Shown one piece after another: positions 48,749-53,632 of a DNA stretch of 64,000 nucleotides. The stretch is from the IMG/VR virus record IMGVR_UViG_3300025034_000006. One strand, 5' to 3'. The notes beneath the pieces are model-generated. The model did not search any database. It saw nothing but the letters and a program-made list of their open reading frames with translations, and was not told the DNA's origin. Positions within the stretch are counted from its first letter, which is position 1. Each line of letters begins with the position of its first letter. The position numbers and the translations under genes were made by a program. The DNA is from an uncultured virus (IMG/VR IMGVR_UViG_3300025034_000006). Its lineage: Duplodnaviria > Heunggongvirae > Uroviricota > Caudoviricetes.

Positions 48749-48858
48749 TGCAGTATCGTCTAATCCCCGACAACGGGGACAGAGTGTCATGACCTCTGGG
48801 ACTAGGATGGCCGGGCGAAGAACCGGAAGATGTCGGTTCGATCCCGGCTGCTGCGCCA
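48749..48858 (+). ncRNA. tRNA-like RNA with two hairpins inserted in the D loop and an 8-nt anticodon-position loop
   Basis: GCAGTA/TGCTGC acceptor, GTCGG-TTCGATC-CCGGC T arm, CCA. Confidence 0.6.
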
Positions 48859-48916
48859 GTTAACCGGTCAGATATGACCTACAAGCCCGTCTTGTGTGCC
48901 ATATATGACCATATGA

Positions 48917-48990
48917 GGCCCTATCCTCTATGGGTAAGAGTCCACCCTCTCACGGTGAGAAACCGGGTTCGAGCCCCGGTAGGGCCTCCA
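48917..48990 (+). tRNA. tRNA-Glu(CTC)
   Basis: Loop CTCTCAC, CCA; near-duplicate of 49095-49168. Confidence 0.9.
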
Positions 48991-49009
48991 TGAATTAGTT
49001 TACGAGTTC

Positions 49010-49086
49010 GGTCTGGAAGCTCAACTGGAAGAGCAACCGCCTACGAAGCGGAAGGTTGATGGGTTCGACTCCCTCGCAGACCACCA
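49010..49086 (+). tRNA. tRNA-Arg(ACG)
   Basis: Loop CTACGAA, CCA. Confidence 0.9.
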
Positions 49087-49094
49087 ATTTATAT

Positions 49095-49168
49095 GGCCCT
49101 ATCCTCTATGGGTAAGAGTCCGCCCTTTCACGGCGAGAAACCGGGTTCGAGCCCCGGTAGGGCTACCA
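49095..49168 (+). tRNA. tRNA-Glu(TTC)
   Basis: Loop CTTTCAC, CCA. Confidence 0.9.
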
Positions 49169-49179
49169 GATAAGTCAGT

Positions 49180-49255
49180 GCCGCTTTAGCTCAACTGGAG
49201 AGAGCGCGGGCGTCCGAAGCCCAAGACCGGGGTTCGAGTCCCTGAGGCGGCACCA
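49180..49255 (+). tRNA. tRNA-Arg(CCG)
   Basis: Loop GTCCGAA, CCA. Confidence 0.9.
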
Positions 49256-49261
49256 GAGATT

Positions 49262-49336
49262 GCAGGAATAGCTCAGTGGTAGAGCGGTAGGTTGAAAACC
49301 TACGCGTCGGTGGTTCGAACCCATCTTCTTGCACCA
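49262..49336 (+). tRNA. tRNA-Phe(GAA)
   Basis: Canonical cloverleaf, CCA. Confidence 0.95.
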
Positions 49337-49343
49337 GATCACC

Positions 49344-49413
49344 GCCCCCGCCGAGGCGGGCCATGAGCCTTCTAAGCTCTAAGGCGTCGGTTCGACTCCG
49401 GCCGGGGGCTCCA
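49344..49413 (+). tRNA. tRNA-Arg(TCT), short D arm
   Basis: Loop CTTCTAA, T arm, CCA; 70 nt. Confidence 0.75.
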
Positions 49414-49453
49414 CGCCCAGATCAAAAAAAAACACCGTCAGCAAAAATAAGTG

Positions 49454-49482
49454 TTGACTCCTTTAACTTCCTTCCATATACT
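49454..49482 (+). promoter_or_regulatory. Promoter of tRNA operon 3
   Basis: TTGACT-17-TATACT; ATG begins 8 nt downstream, so the mRNA is probably leaderless. Confidence 0.85.
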
Positions 49483-49489
49483 TCGCAGC

Positions 49490-49573
49490 ATGTTCACACA
49501 GACCGCCTTGCAAAGCCTTACGGGCTCCTTACTATGCTGGCATAGCCAGTATAGTTCCCTGTCACCCTTCTAA
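49490..49573 (+). CDS. Leader peptide 3 MFTQTALQSLTGSLLCWHSQYSSLSPF
   Basis: 21 of 26 post-start codons are T/Q/L/S/C/W/H/Y. Confidence 0.8.
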   Translation: MFTQTALQSLTGSLLCWHSQYSSLSPF

Positions 49574-49608
49574 GGGAGCAGCCCTGACGCGCTGCTCTCT
49601 TTCCAAGA

Positions 49609-49705
49609 GGAGCGGTGGCAGAGTCTGGGTTATTGCGGCGGTCTCGAAAACCGTTGGACCATCGAGAGATGTGTTCCGTGGGTTCAAATCCCACTCGCTC
49701 CTCCA
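49609..49705 (+). tRNA. tRNA-Ser(CGA)
   Basis: Long variable arm, loop CTCGAAA, CCA; lies upstream of terminator 3. Confidence 0.9.
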
Positions 49706-49715
49706 GCATTTTCAG

Positions 49716-49754
49716 AGCGTCAGAGCCCACCGGGTTCTGGCGCTATTTTCGTTT
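49716..49754 (+). terminator. Attenuator terminator 3
   Basis: 13-bp stem AGCGTCAGAGCCC-ACC-GGGTTCTGGCGCT followed by ATTTTCGTTT. Confidence 0.8.
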
Positions 49755-49767
49755 CATCACAAGTTTC

Positions 49768-49860
49768 GGGTGATCTTCCCCCTGCCGGCCTGTAACCCCG
49801 GTGCCGTTTCAGAACGTGGGGGACGGATGGCGAGAGGTTCGAGTCCTCGGTCACCCACCA
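49768..49860 (+). tRNA. tRNA-Tyr(GTA), non-canonical (8/4 stems, no D arm)
   Basis: GGGTGATC/GGTCACCC acceptor, loop CTGTAAC, GAGG-TTCGAGT-CCTC, ACCA. Confidence 0.65.
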
Positions 49861-49904
49861 TTTTAGGAGAATACCTGTGAATACAGGAGCTTAATAAGAG
49901 TTAC

Positions 49905-49988
49905 GTGAGCGTGGCTTCATAGGGAATGGTATACCTTGCCGGCTCAGACCCGGTAGCTTTGGGAGTTCGAGTCTCCCCGCTCACACCA
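49905..49988 (+). tRNA. tRNA-Leu(CAG), atypical
   Basis: Loop CTCAGAC; short variable loop; extra bases before D arm. Confidence 0.8.
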
Positions 49989-49996
49989 ACTTAAAT

Positions 49997-50079
49997 CCGC
50001 GATTGGCGAAATTGGTAAACGCAGCGTCTTGAGAGGGCGTGGCCTAGGCTTCCCGGTTCAAGTCCGGGATCGCGGACCA
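49997..50079 (+). tRNA. tRNA-Leu(GAG)
   Basis: Loop TTGAGAG, variable arm, CCA. Confidence 0.9.
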
Positions 50080-50093
50080 ACACAACAAGCTAC

Positions 50094-50178
50094 GGGTGCG
50101 TGGCGACAGGGGAATTGGTAGACTCACCGGACTTAAAATTCGGCCGCTTTGTGGGTTCGAGTCCCACCGCACCCACCA
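50094..50178 (+). tRNA. tRNA-Leu(TAA), atypical
   Basis: Loop CTTAAAA; short variable loop; extra bases before D arm. Confidence 0.8.
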
Positions 50179-50193
50179 GATATGAAGTTCAAT

Positions 50194-50268
50194 GCCGGTT
50201 TAGCTCAGTGGTAGCAGCAGCGCCTTTGTAACGCGAAGACGAGGGTTCGATTCCCTCATCCGGCTCCA
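50194..50268 (+). tRNA. tRNA-Thr(TGT)
   Basis: Loop TTTGTAA, CCA. Confidence 0.85.
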
Positions 50269-50290
50269 GATAATGTTCCACGGTTTAGGT

Positions 50291-50364
50291 GTGGCCGAGG
50301 CAGAGATGGATGATGCGCCGGCTTGTGATGCCGGAGATGGCGGGTTCGAATCCCGCCGGTCACC
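50291..50364 (+). tRNA. tRNA-His(GTG)
   Basis: Loop TTGTGAT, C73, no encoded CCA. Confidence 0.85.
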
Positions 50365-50382
50365 CCTAAGCCGTGGAACAAT

Positions 50383-50457
50383 TGCCCGATCGACTAATTG
50401 GCAAGTCGCTCGACTCTGAATCCTGAAATGTAGGTTCGACCCCTGCTCGGGCATCCA
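50383..50457 (+). tRNA. tRNA-Gln(CTG)
   Basis: U1-A72, loop CTCTGAA, CCA. Confidence 0.85.
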
Positions 50458-50472
50458 ATTATGGAGTTAGTT

Positions 50473-50721
50473 ATGGAAGTTCTTGACGAACAAACTGACC
50501 AACCTGATGCCCCTTCGGCTAATGGTAAGTCAGCGCCCTTTGAAGGCGAAGACGTTGGTTCGATCCCAACAGGGGCATCCAAAAATTTAGCTCCGATCCA
50601 TCGCTGCACTGTGCGGCAGATCGGGGAGTTCACGTTTGTTCTGGTTGAACCTGATGGTTCCCTGTTCAACGTGGTCGAAGAGATCGATCGTCAGTTTATG
50701 GCTGGAGGTTGTAACAAGTAA
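50473..50721 (+). CDS. Hypothetical protein whose frame spans tRNA-Gln(TTG)
   Basis: GGAG SD plus ATG; frame is open through the tRNA. Confidence 0.45.
   Translation: MEVLDEQTDQPDAPSANGKSAPFEGEDVGSIPTGASKNLAPIHRCTVRQIGEFTFVLVEPDGSLFNVVEEIDRQFMAGGCNK
50508..50581 (+). tRNA. tRNA-Gln(TTG)
   Basis: U1-A72, loop CTTTGAA, CCA. Confidence 0.9.
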
Positions 50722-50722
50722 C

Positions 50723-50798
50723 GCCGTTTGAGCAAGCTGGGACTGCACTCCCTTGGTAGGGGAGAGAAGAGTCGGTTCGATTCCGACAAACGGCTCCA
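50723..50798 (+). tRNA. tRNA-Thr(GGT)
   Basis: Loop TTGGTAG, CCA. Confidence 0.85.
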
Positions 50799-50804
50799 AT
50801 TAGA

Positions 50805-50892
50805 GGAGGGTGCCGAGGTCGGCTCCTCAACTGGCTTGCTAAGCCGGGGTGACCCTTCGGGGTCAGGGGTTCGATGCCTCCACCTTCCTCCA
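50805..50892 (+). tRNA. tRNA-Ser(GCT), 8/4 type
   Basis: 8-bp acceptor, 4-bp T stem, long variable arm, CCA. Confidence 0.8.
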
Positions 50893-50900
50893 CAACATAT

Positions 50901-50988
50901 GGAAAGCGCGTGGGTCGGCTCCCTAATCAGCTTGGAACGCTGTCGTGACCCTTCGGGGTCAGGGGTTCGATGCCCCCGCTTTCCTCCA
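50901..50988 (+). tRNA. tRNA-Ser(GGA), 8/4 type
   Basis: 8-bp acceptor, 4-bp T stem, same variable arm as the previous tRNA. Confidence 0.8.
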
Positions 50989-51026
50989 CATACGTTGAAG
51001 CATATATCCACCCGATAATATATGCT

Positions 51027-51069
51027 TTGACATATCATGTGAAATCGCTTAGTTCACATGATATGTCAA
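51027..51069. repeat. Perfect 17-bp inverted repeat starting with TTGACA on both strands
   Basis: TTGACATATCATGTGAA-9nt-TTCACATGATATGTCAA. Confidence 0.9.
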
Positions 51070-51073
51070 TCAA

Positions 51074-51159
51074 GCCGCCTTGGCCGAGTCTGGTAAGGCA
51101 CCCGGTTGCAACCCGGAGGTTCCGAAAGGACGCAGGTTCAAATCCTGTGGGCGGCTCCA
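51074..51159 (+). tRNA. tRNA-Cys(GCA) with long variable arm
   Basis: Loop TTGCAAC, U73, CCA. Confidence 0.85.
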
Positions 51160-51173
51160 GATTATGAGGTGAA

Positions 51174-51509
51174 ATGAACGTAGACGATTTTTATGCTGAG
51201 TGCGCTGTGATCCTTGGAGTTCCCCACGAGGGCGAAGAGTTCACCCACTACAAGCGGACCCGCTGGAACAACCGGCGGCCCGGCCGAGGACGTTTTCCCG
51301 GTGCTGGTTTGATCCGCGTGTTCGGCGATGTCGTCCACATCAATATCCGTTTCCCAGTGGTCGCCCGGCAGACGATCACCGGGCTCCCCGAAGCGTTAGA
51401 TTATCTTCGCGGTCGGGTTGGCACTATGGGAGTGTCGTCTAATGGTAAGACAGCGGATTCCAAACCCGCTGACGTGGGTTCGATTCCTACCTCTCCCGCC
51501 ACACCGTAA
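51174..51509 (+). CDS. Hypothetical protein whose 3' end spans tRNA-Trp
   Basis: GAGGTG SD plus ATG; RTRWNNRRPG.GRFPG.G segment. Confidence 0.65.
   Translation: MNVDDFYAECAVILGVPHEGEEFTHYKRTRWNNRRPGRGRFPGAGLIRVFGDVVHINIRFPVVARQTITGLPEALDYLRGRVGTMGVSSNGKTADSKPADVGSIPTSPATP
51428..51501 (+). tRNA. tRNA-Trp(CCA)
   Basis: Loop TTCCAAA, G73, CCA. Confidence 0.9.
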
Positions 51510-51577
51510 TTTTCGATTGACAATCGTTGGCTTTTATCTTAACGATGTGTCTCTCAAAAATGTAGGTGGAATAACTA

Positions 51578-52156
51578 ATGGAATTTTCTGCTCGCCAGCA
51601 AACATTCGGCATCAGCCAGCTACAGCGCTTGCTTGGTAAGAGTTCGCAGGACGTTGAGCGTTTCGCCTCTTACAGTGGATGGCCCGGCTTGACCGGACAG
51701 ATGGTGACCGTGGATGTCTCCGGCGCTCTCAACATGATGGTTCACTCCACAGCGGCCGACTTCGGTGTCGAACGCAACGTGGTTGGTTCTTGGCTTCCGG
51801 GTCTGCGGACCGGGGCTCTCATGGTTCTGGGGCGGAATGTGGACAACTGGACCGTCAACGCCACTCCTGAGGAACAGAACCGATTCTTCGCCAGCCTCTT
51901 CGGCGAGCAATCGAAGGTCAATGATTTCGTTGCCACCACCCTTGGCTGTCACTCGGGCTCGGCCAAGCGCCAGATGCGCTTCCACTCTGCGACCGACGTA
52001 GAGCTTCTGTCGGAAGCAGAGTTTCTGGCCGGATACAGTTCACGATCGCCGCGCTTCGTGATCGATTCGCGAGCCCTCGCTGACCGGCTGTCGGCCATTT
52101 CGCAACCGCTCTTTGTTGCCAGCGTCAAGGTGACTTCGCCCTCGCCCTATCTCTGA
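51578..52156 (+). CDS. Hypothetical protein
   Basis: Own TTGACA promoter; 192 aa. Confidence 0.6.
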   Translation: MEFSARQQTFGISQLQRLLGKSSQDVERFASYSGWPGLTGQMVTVDVSGALNMMVHSTAADFGVERNVVGSWLPGLRTGALMVLGRNVDNWTVNATPEEQNRFFASLFGEQSKVNDFVATTLGCHSGSAKRQMRFHSATDVELLSEAEFLAGYSSRSPRFVIDSRALADRLSAISQPLFVASVKVTSPSPYL

Positions 52157-52216
52157 TTTTCGACGCGCTCTCAATTTTCAGTTGACAGTGATGTGCGAAT
52201 CGCTTATTCTTCTCCT

Positions 52217-52608
52217 CGTCAAGTGCTTCGGCATGAAGACTACGGTCGTAGAAGGCCATCTAAGTCAAGCGGAGACCCGAGGGCAGAACTCGGCACCTCC
52301 ACCAAAGACCCCTGCGGCCGCCTGAAACGCGGTCAGGGTGACGATCCGCCTAGGCTCTGGACGACGGTCCTTTGTAAGGCAGCGGGGTTCTTTGATGGGG
52401 GTGAATTTAGGATCGATCCGTAAGGCCGATGTGGAGAAGCGCCCCGTTTAGATACCGCCCGTATGCGGATCAAATTCATCAACTGTCAACGACAATGATG
52501 TGGTCGTCGCCAGCGAAGAGATTCGTCTCGCCGCGTAAGCGACAAAATCCCTAGGGCCTCACACCTCTAGGTGGCGCGTGGTCCCGAGCGTAGCAACAGT
52601 TTCGGGAC
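52217..52608 (+). ncRNA. ssrA: Two-piece circularly permuted tmRNA
   Basis: Acceptor piece ends CACCTCC-ACCA at 52304; spacer hairpin; coding piece starts GGGGGTG at 52397 (G3-U70); tag frame 52485-52538 VNDNDVVVASEEIRLAA*. Confidence 0.9.
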
Positions 52609-52609
52609 A

Positions 52610-52801
52610 ACATCTTTTTCGCCAACGTCTCGTCCTACTGTTCTAGGCGGTCGAAAGCGAGGGTCACGGCTGAGCGGCCCGGCTGATATTCTGGTTCGAA
52701 TCCGGAACAGGGGGATGTAAACCTCCTAGCCATGGTGGGAAGGCGCGGGCGTCTGGGTTCGAATCCCAGCCCAAACGTCGGGGCGTTGGCGAAAGAGATG
52801 T
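52610..52801 (+). ncRNA. Y-RNA-like RNA with two T-arm hairpins
   Basis: ~23-bp closing stem; GTCGAAAG motif; two GGTTCGAATCC loops; D-arm-like TAGCC..GG..AGGC. Confidence 0.6.
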
Positions 52802-52857
52802 AAAATAGTTATTGACGAACCGGACGAATCATCCTATTTGTTTGTCATCGAGTTTAT

Positions 52858-52962
52858 CGGGGAAGTGGCCTTAACCAGTGGCCGAAGCACGAGAAGAGAT
52901 CGCCGGGTGCCCGGAGGATTGTTGAGGATCGTGTGGACGGGTTCGTAGCCCGGCCCCCGCCA
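52858..52962 (+). ncRNA. tRNA-like RNA ending in CCA
   Basis: Promoter TTGACG at 52812; CGGGG/CCCCG ends; CGGG-TTCGTAG-CCCG T-like arm. Confidence 0.45.
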
Positions 52963-53017
52963 GTTACCGCCGGGAGATGAAGGTCTGTCTCCAACTCGCT
53001 GTGAAGCTCCCGGCATT

Positions 53018-53049
53018 GGCCCGGCCGTCGCAAGATGGCCGGGCCTTTC
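53018..53049 (+). terminator. Intrinsic terminator
   Basis: GGCCCGGCCGTC-GCAA-GATGGCCGGGCC-TTT. Confidence 0.75.
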
Positions 53050-53177
53050 GATTCATGCGGAAATTATTTTCGTCCGTAGCTGTCCACAACCGTCCAGTGT
53101 GTCCAAGGTGCGACATTCTTGCTTGACATGACGGCAATTCTAGCTTAACCATGGCGCTCTTCTGGAGATAGCGCTAC

Positions 53178-53624
53178 ATGACGACCATAGCTTACCGCTC
53201 GGGCCTGCTGGCTGCCGATACATTGATCTCCTACACCAGTATCACCAACGGCTCCCGCGAGAAGATCGCCAAGTGTGGTGGGTTCACCGTTGCCCTCGCT
53301 GGTCCGGCATGGCTTCGACGACCTCTGGAAGCTTGGTGTGCTGGTGGTTGCCCTGAGGATGACGTTCCTCAAGTTCTGCTCGATCACGGTAACGACTTCT
53401 CGGCCCTGATCATCGACAACACCACCGGCGATCTCTTCGAGTTCGATAACGGTTATCTACTCCCCATCTTTGCCGATTACACCGCAATCGGTTCTGGCGC
53501 TCTACTGGCGCTAGGTGCCATGGCTCATGGAGCCTCCGCTGAGGAAGCCGTCGAAGCGGCATCCAAGCACGATAAGAACACAGGCGGCCCGGTGACCAGC
53601 CTGTCCTTTTCCCTCACAGCATAA
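53178..53624 (+). CDS. Ntn-hydrolase / HslV-like peptidase subunit
   Basis: N-terminal TTIAY, LAAD, AIGSG, D..TGG. Confidence 0.75.
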   Translation: MTTIAYRSGLLAADTLISYTSITNGSREKIAKCGGFTVALAGPAWLRRPLEAWCAGGCPEDDVPQVLLDHGNDFSALIIDNTTGDLFEFDNGYLLPIFADYTAIGSGALLALGAMAHGASAEEAVEAASKHDKNTGGPVTSLSFSLTA

Positions 53625-53632
53625 GGTCACCA

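Noticed and set aside
48861..48915. Short ATATGACC repeats between tRNAs
   Set aside because: Two or three short copies forming a small spacer hairpin; too little to support a function
49344..49413. Amber suppressor tRNA (CTA visible in the loop)
   Set aside because: The stem places the 7-nt loop as CT-TCT-AA, giving anticodon TCT (Arg)
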